Positions 21,206 to 34,800 of a stretch of 64,000 bases of DNA are shown here, piece by piece (position 1 is the first letter of the stretch; every line of letters starts with the position of its first letter). The notes beneath the pieces are model-generated. The model ran no database searches. It was not told the origin of the DNA and saw only the letters and a list, made by a program, of their open reading frames with translations. The position numbers were made by a program, and so were the translations under genes. Source of the DNA: Piromyces finnis finn (taxonomy: Eukaryota; Fungi; Neocallimastigomycota); contig MCFH01000046.1 of assembly GCA_002104945.1 (NCBI GenBank), forward strand, positions 310,001 through 374,000. The letters are read 5' to 3'.

Positions 21206-23695
21206 TGATAGAACAAACTTACTTCCAGTTACAACCGTTTTCCCATCCGGAGAAACAGCTATACTATAAATTGGACCTTTGTGGCCTTTAAATAATCTAA
21301 CACATTTTCCTGTTTGAATATCCCAAAAACGAGAAGTACAATCTTCACTACCTGTAGCTAAATAATTGACATTTGGATGGAATTTTATTGTCTATTATAT
21401 AAAAAATAAAAATAAATGAATTATGAATAAAATTATTCATTAAACTATGAAGATATCTTACTATTGTGTAATGAAACTTACATTAACATCAGAAAAGTGA
21501 CCAGCAAAAATTCTCAATGGGTATATATGATCACTTTTCCATAAACGAGCAGTTTTATCATTTGATGCTGTTGCAAAATATAAATCATGAGGAGAGAATG
21601 TTACATCCCATATTGGATAATTATGACCATAATAATTAACAACATTTTGGTTCTTATTCAAATCCCATAAACGAACTCAAATGTTAAATGAATTAAAAAT
21701 AATAAAATAATAATTAAAATGTTTATACGTCTATCAACAGCTCATTATTATTATTATATATACCTATTTTATCTTGAGAAACTGATAATAAATAATCATT
21801 ATTCTCACTAAAACATGTTCCATAAACAGGACCAGAATGACCGATTAACTTTATACTTGTATTTTTTGCTTTATTCCTCATATAATCTTTAAATGAAACA
21901 AAACAGTTATCAATTAGTATATATCTCTTATAAATTTTTATATATTATCTTGAAAAAAATTTTTCTAATAAGATTACCGAAATCTTCATAGAATGAATAA
22001 GGATATGAATCATAAATTGATTTGCATGCACCTTTTCCTCTTTGTGTTGGACTATTAATATTTTTCCATAATCTTATTACTGAATTTGAAAAGCATGAAA
22101 GTAATATACTTGCATCTGAATTTATATTCATATGAGTAATTCTAAAGAGAAAAAATAAATAAAATAAAATTTAGTCGACCTATATTCAATCTAAAAATGG
22201 CATTACAAATTATAATAATTTACCCATCATCAGAATTCTTAAATGTATAACAACAAATTGAAGGTAATGATAATGATGTTGAATTAACTTTCTTCTTTAT
22301 AATATTAATATCTTCAATTTCATCTGAAGCAGGCCTAAATCAATAAATTAATTTATTATAATATCTATAAAATTAATAATAAATTGATTTGAATTTATTT
22401 ATTAATATATAATATATTTTTTCTCACCTTTTAATATTGTTGAATGCGTTATGTTCATCAATAATTTTATCAACTGTTCTCGTACTTTGGCCCTTTTAGT
22501 TCAATTTTATATTTAAATACAGAAAATGACAAAAAATTAATTATTTACAACTATTTATTATAATACTATTAATCTATGTTTTTTATATTAATTGATATAT
22601 AGTTATATACTAACCCCAGGTACAGGTTTTGTATATAATCCTTTTTGTATTAATGAACTATCATGAGGTAGTTTTCTATCAACTAATTTTTTAAATATTA
22701 TTAAGTATAATAATTTTAATTTCATATTTTCTTATATCAATATTTATACTAAATATTAACTATTCTTTAAGAAAATATAAAATTTACTTTGAAAATTTAA
22801 ATATCTTGATAAAATATGAAATTCTAGATATAATGAATTATCCTCAATATATGAAAAAAGTATTATATAAAGTTTTAAACTTATGCTTATTTTATATTTA
22901 GTATGCTCGAATTGTTGTAAATATGGCATTTGTCTTGCTTTAATACTACTAGTAATTGTAGATAGTAATGCAACCTCTCTTGGATAATCCTTCCTAAATT
23001 CTGGTGAAAATTGTCTTAAAAATATAAATGCTTATTGTATTTATTATAAGATTTTATTATGTTTTATTATTATGTTTTATTATTACATCTCCAATTAAAA
23101 CAAATATATATGATTTTGAAATTTTAATATATACCATTTTCAATATTATCATGAATTATTTGATCTAAAAAATATGCTACAAATATTGGAAAAATTATTT
23201 TTTCCATTTCCTCCTATTATAAAATTAAAAAAAAAAAAATTAAAAACCTTAAAAATTCATTATAAATTAAAAATATTATATGTTTATTACTTTAAGTTCT
23301 TCAGTTAGAGAATTTGACCAGATTTTTAATTTTTTAAAACTTTCTTCATATTGACCATTTGAATAATTTAATGCTACTATATAATTTTCTTCAGATTCAT
23401 TTTTAAAAAATGAAAATTGATTTGGAACAGTATCAAAATCATGTTCATTTATTGATATTAGTTGTTCCTCTAATTCTTTTAGGCTTTTGACATTATTTTC
23501 TGGTTTAGAAAATCCAAATGTAAAACCTCTTTGAAATAAATAATTTTGAACGATTTTCTCAACATCAATTGTATTATTAGTTTCATTTATTATTTCATTT
23601 TTATATTTATTATTAATTATATTTGAAGGAATAGTGTTAATTTTATTTGAGTTTGAAATTATTGGTGAATTAAATTGAAATTTTTTATCTGCCAT
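20415..23695 (-). CDS. TAF5: TFIID/SAGA subunit TAF5 (LisH-like, NTD2, WD40 repeats; multi-exon)
   Basis: N-terminal VEKIVQNYLFQRGF and YEESFKKLKIW. WD40 repeats include GHNYPIWDVTFSPHDLYFATASNDKTARLW..PLRIFAGHFSDV. The C-terminal FLTKSSPVYRVRYTERNLL is typical of TAF5. Not every internal exon boundary was resolved. Confidence 0.9.
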
Positions 23696-24739
23696 TATTA
23701 TATTAATTATTTTTATTTCTCATTAAATAATTATTAGTTTTCTGTTTTTATTATTATTTTTTTTTTTTTTTTTTTATTTTATTTTATTTTTGGTAAAAAG
23801 TTTCATCCATTTAATATTTATTATTGTTGTTGTTTGGTTGTTGTTTAATACATATATATTATATATATAATTTAGCAATTATAAAATAACATAACAAATA
23901 ACAAATTAAATTATCTAAAATATTTTCATTATATGTAATATTAAATTATTCTATAATAATTACCTAAAATAATAATAATAATAATAATAATAAAATGATA
24001 ATAAATATAAAAAAAAAAAAAATGTATACTATATTGCTTTAAAATATTAATGTTCGGATTGTCCTTTAAATTATGAATAAAAATATTTTATGATATATTA
24101 ATTATTTAATATATAAATTTTAGACAATTCTATTTAAAAGTGAATTTCAATAATAAAATTTTATATAATAATAAATAATAATAAAAACAAATTAAATATA
24201 TAAATAAATATTTAATTATTGCTATTTGGCCTGATTTGCTACTACAAAATTAAATATTTATATAATTTAACTTATATATACAATAATGGAATCATTCTTT
24301 ATTAAAAGAAATAAAGGTAATTTATACATATAATTATTTTTCTTTTATTTTAACCTAATTTCAAAAACATATTTTATTGCTTTTTTTTTTTTTAATTTTA
24401 AAAATTAACTGGAAAAAGTAACTTCTTCTGGCCAAAAAGTCTAGTCAAAAATCTAAGATAATTACTATACTTATATTACTAATGCTATCCCTTATTTGTA
24501 AAAAATAAATATATTTAATAAATTAAGAAGGTTTTAATATTTATTATACATTTCAAAAAATTTAAAAAACAAATTTAATCTTTTTACAATTTTACACATT
24601 TTATAAATAATATAATTTTTTTTAAAAAATCTTTCTTCAAAGATATTTTATTTATAAATTAGAAAAGCCCATTATATGAATACAAATTTTTATTTAAATA
24701 TGAATATATATTTTCTATTTAATTAATATTTGTATAAAT

Positions 24740-25502
24740 TTATTCATTATCTTGAGTTCTAACGCGAGCTTGAGCATTAGTAACCTTGACATTTAACTAT
24801 ATATATAATAATTATTTGTGATTTAAAAAAAAAATTAATAATCATCTTAAAATTTATAAATATAAAATTAAAATAAATTAATAAAAATTACTTGTTTGGC
24901 ACGTTCAACAATTTCAATTCTCTTCTTGGAAGAAACATTGTGAGCAATTTCAGCAGCATATGTACGGTTGTGCATGAGTAAAAGTTCTAAATCCTTAACA
25001 TTAGAAACAACAAACTTCTTGAAACCATTTGGTAAAAGATCACGAGTCTTCTTGTTAGAACCGTAACCGATCTTTGGCATTCTGATGGTTCCACGGAAAC
25101 GTCTACGGACAACACCATCGATACCTTTTGGTTTTCTCCAAGAAGCCTTTTTGTTATTATTTAATTTATATTAATATTCAATTAATTAGAAATTCAATTT
25201 TCAATTGTGTGTATTATCATTTTTGTCTGAAATTGATTTTCAATTGATTCATTTCATTTTAATTCTATATTACTCTTGTTTTTATTTGTTTTTTTTTTTT
25301 ATAATTTTATATAAAATCTTGATTCTATTTTTTTTTGCAATGTTTTTTTTTTTGAAATTCATTTCTACTTTATATTTTTAATTATCATAAGAATTATTTA
25401 ATATAAACTTACATCAACTCTCTTGAAGCGGTCAGATTGGTGACGGAAGAATTTAGTAGTTTTCTTCTTAACAATTGGAGTCTTGTTAATTGGAGTGACC
25501 AT
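24740..25502 (-). CDS. RPL32: 60S ribosomal protein L32 (eL32), 3 coding exons, 133 aa
   Basis: Exons 25502-25413, 25146-24892 and 24796-24740 give [59 protein letters not shown]. Confidence 0.98.
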
Positions 25503-26236
25503 TATGACTAATTAATAATCATTTCATTTTATTAATAATATATTATATTAAAATAATTAATTCTCTGTTTAATAATTTAAATTATTAAATTTATATTTTC
25601 ATTTAAATTGAATAACTTATTTAATTATATTTTTTTTTAAATTTAATAACAAAAAGTTTTCAATTAATATTTAAAACAAAATTAAAATTTAAAAAAATAA
25701 TAGAAAGATAGAAATTTCATGATTTATATTTAAATTTTATAATTTATAATAAAATATTTTGGACAAGTTATAATTTATTTAAATTTTATTTATAGACGCA
25801 ACAATAACAGAGAGGAGAAAAACATATATTTATATATAAAAATGAACCTTAATTATGAAAACTTCTTAATTTTTATAACGAATAAGTCACTTTAAATTTT
25901 TTTACTCAGAAATTCAACACTAATAAATAGGACCTCATTTTATATAATTTCATTTATTTTTATTATATTTAATTTCATCATTTTTACCTTTTTATAATTA
26001 CTTTTCTAATGAAGAGAGGGGAAAATTTGTTTTATTCATTAAAACAATAAGAAAACTAAATGAGCATTATTATCAACCAATCATTATTTAGAATTTAAGC
26101 CACATCTATTTTTTCTATATATTTTTTCTCTTCTCTCATATTGTGAAGTAAACTTTTAAAATTATTATTTTAATCACATGATAAGAAAATAGTTTTGTTA
26201 AAATAAAATAGGTTTAATTTTTAGTTCATTAAATTC

Positions 26237-26237
26237 T

Positions 26238-26308
<71 letters not shown>

Positions 26309-26463
26309 TTATTTATTTATTTATTTATTATTTATTTATTTATTATTTATTTATTTATTATTTATTTATTTATTATTTATTTATTTATTATTTATTTATT
26401 TATTATTTATTTATTTATTTATTATTTATTTATTTATTTAGTTAGTTAGTTAGTTAGTTAGTT
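26237..26463. repeat. Compound (TTTA)n / 15-nt higher-order repeat / (TTAG)n microsatellite
   Basis: A TTTA array with TTA interruptions every 15 nt, ending in about 6 TTAG units. Confidence 0.92.
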
Positions 26464-27102
26464 ATTCATTTTGTTTTTATATGCGTTTTTATTGAAAATA
26501 CCTAATTTACTTTTTCTATTATAATTAAATATATAAATATTTGTTTTTATCAACATATTATTATTTATTATTAAAATAAATATTATTTTTTATTATTTAA
26601 CTACACATCTAATATAAATTTTCTAAAAATATATATTATTTTAACATTTATTTTATTATTTAATAAAATATTTATTATACATATTCAAAATTATTTAACT
26701 TGAATATATTTCAACTCAACAAAAATAAATATCTATAAAGATATAATATATGTTAATTAAAAATATAATATGAAAATGAAAATAAAAAAAAGATATTTAA
26801 TGCTATTATCATTTTTTCTTTAATTTCATTAATTTGATTTCTATTTTTTTAAAAAAATATATATTTTATTTCAAAGTTAATAAGTAGTTACTTGTTGATT
26901 GAACTTTATCATTGATATATTATATTATCTTCCAATAACTTCATTAAAAGATGAAATGTTTATTTTTACGAAAGATAATCTTCCTGAGATTTTATTTTCT
27001 TTTATATCGATAAATTATATAAATGTTATATATTTACATAAATACTTGGTTTAATATAAATTAAAAATAATTACTTATTAATAGGAAATAAATTTTGTTA
27101 TT

Positions 27103-28057
27103 TTAAGCTGGAATTGTTGTTACAGCAGTGTATGCATCTTGAATCATAATATCCATTACTTTACAAATTCTCAAAAAACCAATATCCTCATCATCCTTAA
27201 ATAATGACTCCGGTTGAATATCTTTGCTTTTTGAATCAGAAAATTGATTATCAAGCTCATCATTAACTAAAGTTGTGAAACTATCTCTTCTTCTACGAGA
27301 TTTGATTTTATTTGATGTAATTGAAATTGTAGTTGGAACATTTTTTGAAATTTCAATTTTGTTGTTTTCAATTAATTCCTTCTTTTTATTTTCTCTTTTA
27401 ATTTTGTATTGTTCACGTTCCTGTATTTTTATTAAAGATTATAAATAATGTGAATTACAGAATAAAAAAAATACCAATATGTTTAATAATAATATAAATG
27501 AGCTTATATATTTAAATATCTACCTTATTAATATTTTGTAAAACATTTTTCATTTCATTCAACTATTGCGTACATACATAGATAAAATTGTTAATTAGAA
27601 TTTCAAATACATAATATATAATATATATAATATATTTCATTAAAAATATATATACTTGTCCACAAATTGTATCCATTGTAGAATTTTGATATTCCATCAT
27701 TGAACCAACATTAATAATAGAACTCTTTAAATATTCCATTCTTTCAACTAAAAAGTTATTATACTTTAAATTTATAGAATTGTTGTTTTCTAATAATTCT
27801 CTACGTTTTGAATCTTCTTTCAATTTCATTTCTTGTAATTCATCTGCTAGTTCTGGTATTTTAATTACTAAACTATCATCAATTTCTTCCTCACTTAAAT
27901 ACATAGGATCTAATTCTTCTTCAAATAATTCTTCATTTGAAGCCTTAACCTCGAAATCTTGATATTGCTCTTTATGTTGAGCCAAACGAAGTTCCGCTTC
28001 AAGATTTAAGCCAAAGTTAAAGGAAGAAATATTATTGTTTTCTGGATCAAGATTCAT
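27103..28057 (-). CDS. Hypothetical protein, partly coiled-coil (3 exons)
   Basis: The ORF from 28057 splices at GTATAT (about 27655) to a 39-nt exon (27562-27524) and then a final exon (about 27420-27103) ending FLRICKVMDIMIQDAYTAVTTIPA-stop. No family recognised. Confidence 0.65.
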
Positions 28058-29636
28058 TTTATTTTTTATTTATTAGTAATATATAAAATATAATAATTTC
28101 TTATTTATTAAATTTATCAAAAAAAAAAAGACAATAATTTTTTGATAAACTGTTTAATAATATTAAAATATTTGGTGAATGTATTTATCTTTTAAGATAA
28201 AAATAGAAAAAGTTATGATATGTGCTTGATTAATGATTTAGAATTGTTTAGTTTGTTTTTTTGTTTGTTTTTTTAAATATATATATATTCGATATTGCCT
28301 GATTAATATATTAATATAATTACTATTATTGGTAATTTAAATTTTAAATTATTGTAAAAAAAATATTGATTTTTTTATTTTAACAATAATCTTTTACTAT
28401 TTTAATAAATAATTGAACTGATAACAACTGAATTAATACAAAAAATAAATAGTTTAATAATAAAATTTATAATCTACTTCACTTTATTTTTAGTTACTAA
28501 ATTGAATTTAACATTTATAATATTTTAAGGTGATATGTAATATATTTTTAAAGTATTATTTTCTATTTAACAAGACATACTATGTCATAAATAAAAATAA
28601 TTTTAATAAATCATAATTTGATATTGAACAAGATTATTAATAAAAATAATAAGCCTTATACTATTGAATTATTCAGAGATTTTCAAATATCTTCAACATT
28701 TCTTATATTCATAAGAATGTTTTTTCTTATGCTCATTATACTGATTATTAGTATGAATTTTTTAAAATTCTTCCATATATTATGTTTACTACACAATAAT
28801 TCTTTTATAATCAATATTTTATTATTTTATTATTTAGTTTTTAGATTTGTTTTTACTAAGTATTATTTATATCTTAAAATAAAAAAATATAAATATATAA
28901 ATTTATTTCATTTCAAAAATTTTCATGATACACAATATTTAATTATATTAAATTAATACAATTTAACTTTACTATATAATATATTTAAATATATGAGTAT
29001 ATGAGTATTAATATATTGTATATGATATTTTTTAAAATTTTTTCAAAATTTTTAAATATACTATATTATGTATATTAATTATCTATAGTATGGTCATGTG
29101 ATTATAGTTGAAAATTAAATTTTAATTATATATATTTTATTAATTTATAATTGCTAAATAAAGAAAATTTGTATAACTTTAATAGCAAACTGATTGGATA
29201 TTGATGTTACTATTAAATAATTTAATTTTTATTATAATTAAAGTTTTAAAAAATAAAAAAATTATAATTAATAATATATTTTAGAAGAATATTAATGTTA
29301 ATATTACCATTTAATTTAAATGATGCATTCTTGTATTTATAAAATTTTATTATATTAATTCATTTATTCACACAAAATAACACAAAATATGAGATTTAAG
29401 AGTTAGAAAATAATATTTTATAAGATAGATATGACTTGAATATTTTAATAAAAAAGTTATTCTAAATATAATTTTAAGTGTTGAAATTCTTGATTATAAC
29501 TTTATATTCAATTTTACAAATAAATAGCTTGATAAATGTTTTTTATTACTTAGTCACATATAATAAATATTATATATGAATAAATATAAAATATTATACA
29601 CTTGTAGTTTTAGATTATATAAATTTAATTTTGAAA

Positions 29637-31343
29637 TTAGAAGAAATTTCCAAAGGAGTTAAACATTTGTTTGTGCATTTCTTCCATTTGCCTCATATGT
29701 TGATTTATAATATCATTACCCATAAAACTATTTGGAAACATAGGCTGATTAAACATTTGTTGCATTTGTAATTGTTGTTGCTGCATTTGTTGTTGCATTT
29801 GTAATTGTTGTTGTTGCATTTGTTGTTGCATTCGTAATTGTTGCTGTTGCATTTGTGATTGTTGTTGGAATAACTGTAACTGTAATTGTTGCTGGTCTTG
29901 TTGTTGTTGAGCTAATTGTAATTGTTGTTCATTTAAATTATTAAAACTATTTTGAGAGCGACTTAGTTGAGAACTATTATCTTCAAGTAATTGTGGCTGA
30001 TAGTTGGATGATGAATTTAATAAATTATTAGAATTATCAACAACTGAAACATTTGTTGTTATTCTTCCATCTGGTTCGACTGTTGTTGTTTCAGTAATAG
30101 TTTGACCCTGAAAAAAAAATATATATTTAATGTATATAATTAATTATTTATTATTAACTAATTAATGATACATTGTAAATGTGTAATACTTACATTTTGA
30201 ACTGTTGTTTTTATTGTAGTTTGCTTTCCGTTAATAATTTGTGTCATTTGAGAAGTAGAAGTAGCATTTGGTCCTAGATTGCCAGTATTAATTGATTGAA
30301 ATACATTTGAAATATCTGGAATAGGTGCGAACATGTCATTTCCTTTAATTTAAAAAAATATTAATTATAATCATAAAATTAAAGTGTTAATAATGAATTA
30401 ACATATAAATTTTTAAAACACTATTCTAAAATATTTATATTTTTATCATTGAAAAAATTTTTTTCATGTCTACTCAATATTTTATATTGAAATTAATATT
30501 AACAATAGGTACTTTTTTAAATAATATTTTTACAAAAATATATTTTTATATATTATATTTGCATACCAAAAATATCAAAATCCTGACCAAAAATATCTCT
30601 AAATAAATCCAACGGTGAATGAAATCTAAAGCCAGCAAATGGATTAAAGAATTGTGAATTTTGTGGAAATGGAGTAGTAAATGTATTAAAACTAAAATTT
30701 GTTTGAGATTGATGTGGAGTTTGATTGAAATTATTATTATAATAAGTTTCTTGCTGTGGAGGTGACGCATTACATTGAGATTGCTCTATACCTTCATCAC
30801 CATATAAATCATATATTTTTCTTTTTTCTGGATCATTCAAAATTTCATAAGCTAATATTTGTTTAAAAGAAAAACAATAGCATAACCGATTTAAAAATGA
30901 CAAATAAATTAGATTATTAAATTATAATCTACTTTGCTTTCTAATATTAAAACATTTTTAAAATCTATTTTTTATATATCACAACAATAATATCAAATCA
31001 TGCACACCTTCAGCTATTAGTTTAAATTTTTCATTGGCCTCTTCAATTCTATGTTGATTTTTATCCGCTATTAATTATTTTTTATAGGAAATTATACGAT
31101 TAAAAATTAAAGAATAAATAAAATATATATATATATATATTTTAATTATCAGTTATATAGTTATATAAATAATATATATCTTCAATAAAACATTCTTTTA
31201 CTATTAAATAATAATGAAAAAATCAAATATAATATAAACTAACGATGCCATTTTAATGCTTCTTTTCTGTATGCTTTTTTTATTTCTACTTGCGTTGCAT
31301 TCTCTGAAATTCCTAATATTTCATAATACTTCTTTGAAGGCAT
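29637..31343 (-). CDS. DnaJ class B (DNAJB6-like) co-chaperone with Q/M-rich C-terminal tail (5 exons)
   Basis: J-domain [58 protein letters not shown], with the HPD motif split by intron 1. Then an F-rich region ([10 protein letters not shown]), a DNAJB6-like beta CTD ([29 protein letters not shown]) and a polyQ/Met tail. Confidence 0.88.
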
Positions 31344-31579
31344 TTTATTTTTATTTAATATTTTATTTTATTAACAAAAAAAAAAAAATAAAAATAAAAA
31401 TAAAAATTAAAATAAAAATTAAAATAAAAATAAAAAAAAAATAAACCTTTATTATTATATAATAAAAATATCCTAAAATTTTATTTAATTTTAATCAAAA
31501 ATTTATAAAAATACATATCTAATAATAAAATAAAGATTTTGTAATTATCATATAAATAAAGAAAGATTATAATTAAAAT

Positions 31580-31703
<124 letters not shown>

Positions 31704-31832
31704 TAATATATCAATATTTAAATTTTAATATTTCAATATTATATCTTCCTATATATTTATTTATATTTAAATTTAACAATAATTTCTTTAACTATAATTT
31801 AATTTTTAAATTATAAAAAATTCTTTAATCAA

Positions 31833-34800
31833 TTATTTATTATCATTGTCTTTATTGATTATCGAGTTTATATCATTAAACCATGGGTGTTCAAGTACCT
31901 TATCAATGTTAATTCTAGCTCTTTCATTTCTATTAAGTAATTTTTTTATTAAATCGATAGAATCTTTTTTTTTTTTTTTTTAATAATATTCAAATAATTT
32001 GTAATAAAAGAATATATGCTTAGTTATAATATTTTATTGTAAAATTAGTAATATATATTAATAAATATGTATCTTTATATTTACCTGAAGAGAGAATAAA
32101 TGGCACTCTTAATTTAGCTGAAATAATTTCATCTATATTGTAATATGGGTTTTCTTTGTAGATTAGAATATATAATAAAATACCCAAAGCCCATACATCT
32201 ATAATATAATATATTAATTTAATGAATAAATTTATTATTATTTTAATAGCTATATTTATACCTTGAGGAGGACCAACATATGAATGACCAGTTAATACTA
32301 TTTTTTATATATTATAAAAAATTATTTAGAATAGAATATTTAATAAATATCAATTAAATTGTATTTATTACCTTCAGGTGACTAAATTCGAAAATAATTT
32401 ATATTAATAAAAAATATTTAGAATATATAAATATAACATATTTAAGTAGTATATATAATTTTTAAAATAATATTTCTATATTACAGCATAGTCAATAGTT
32501 CCACAAAATGTATCAAATGGATTTCTTCGATCATAGTGAGTAGATGAACCAAAATCAATTAATTCAGCATTACAATCTTCATCGACAATGATATTTTCAT
32601 CCTTTAATATTATTATAATATTTATAATATATAATAAAAGAAATTGTTAAATTATCCAACATATATACATATATACTAATATTATAATATATATTCAAAC
32701 CTTAATATCTCTGTGGACAATATTGTTATGATGAAGAAATTGTATAGATTTACAAACTTGATAAAACATTTTCTTTATACTATCTTCTGGAATTTCCTTA
32801 TTAAATTCGACATAATCAAATAAGTCCATTCCAAAACCATGTTGTTTTGTAATTAAATAGAAATTTTCATTATCTTCGAAATAATCAATCATTTTAACAA
32901 TGTAAATTTCTTCATTTTGTCCCTTTTTTTTAATTTCATTTAATATAGATAATTCCTTTGGAACTTTACCCAATTCTGGATCTTCAACCCAAAAATCGGA
33001 TAATATTTTATTTTTAATAATATATTTTATAACTACTTTCTATTAATATATATATTATATAAAAAATATATTTTAATAAATAAATTACAATAATTATTGA
33101 ATAATAAAGAAAAATCGATTATATTTTTATTTTTACCTCTTGTTTTGGATCATCTTTTCGATAAGCTAATTTTACAACACCATATGCACCATCACCTAAA
33201 GCATCAACAATTTCAAATTCATTAATAGAAACTGGTTTAGTCCATTTATATTCTAATTCTTTTTCTTCAATTTTTTCTATTTCTGGTTCTTTCTCAGTTT
33301 CTGTTATTTGATCTTTTTTAGAATCCTTGGTAATATTTTTAGTTATAGGTGTTATTACTTCATCCATTTTTTTGATAAAATGATCAATTCTTTCTTTTAT
33401 ATCAATTTCTCTGAATTTATTATATCCATTTTGTTTATTACTATCTATTGATCTTTCAGAATTTGGGGAACTATTGTTGCTGTAATTTCTACTGTACATT
33501 ATCCATATAGCATAAACAGTATTTTCATCATTGTTTGATGTAGAATCATCATCATTTTGATCAGATGAAAATTTCCTCATTTTAATATTTACATTTATTG
33601 CCGATCCATCTTTATGATAAACAACTACTCCATTAGTTTTTACTTTTAATTCATTTAACGATTTTTCTAAATTATTTGTGCAAATACCAGCGGATTTAAT
33701 ACTATTAATACGATTATTATATGTATTTAAAAAGAAATCTCTAAAACTATGATTTGAATTTTCAGGCAAAGCTGAGGAAATTGGAAAATTATCTGCTCTC
33801 TTTTTACAATAAGAAGCAGAAAGAATTCCTCCTTTATTTAAAAGATTATCATCTTCTTCATTTATATTATCAACAATACCCCAGAAATGTGGCATAACAT
33901 CAATAATATCCTTATCCATAAGCTCAGAGGAACTATAACCTAAAAGATGTTTTATAAATGTACTATTAAAAGTTTTAATTTTACCACAACCATTAACAAC
34001 AATAATACCAGAGATATTTGGAATTGAGGTAATACTGACATGATATTGATTACATTGTACATTTAAATTAGAAATAGAATTAAGTGATGAAGATATAGAG
34101 GAAGATAAATTATTCGATGAGGAAAAAAGATCTTCTTTTGATCCTTCCTTTTCATACATCATTTTTAGTTCATTTATGCCTGTACTAATTGGGAAATATA
34201 TATTATCTTTGGATTTACCACTGAAATTTTTCATCTTTATAATAGAATTAACAATATTATCCGATCCTTCAATACCAGGAATTAAGTTTTGAATTTTTAG
34301 ATTCATCTCATTTACATCAGTATTATTATAACCAAAAACTTCCTTAAAACTTTTACTATAATTTAATATATTACCCTAATAATATTTATATAAAAGAAAA
34401 AAAAATAATAATAATAATAAATATATAAATATATAGTATATTCTTTAATAAAATATTATGCATTTTACCTCTTTATCTATTTCAATATCAACAACTTTAT
34501 CTTTAACTTCTTCCAATACCCAGATATAATAAAATGAATAATCTGTTTCATTTTTGTATGTTTTTCTTTTTAACCATATAGAAACCGACTTTGAATCTTC
34601 ATCATTTTCATCATAATTTACAATTCTTACCTAAAATAAATAATTATATATTAATATTGAAAATCTACCTATATTCGCATAAATTAAAAAAACAAATTAA
34701 TATTTATATACATGAAAAATTATTACTTACAACTTGACCACAAATTAAAACTTTATCTTTTATATAAGTTTCATAATCTGATGCTTTTGATTCTGTTTCA

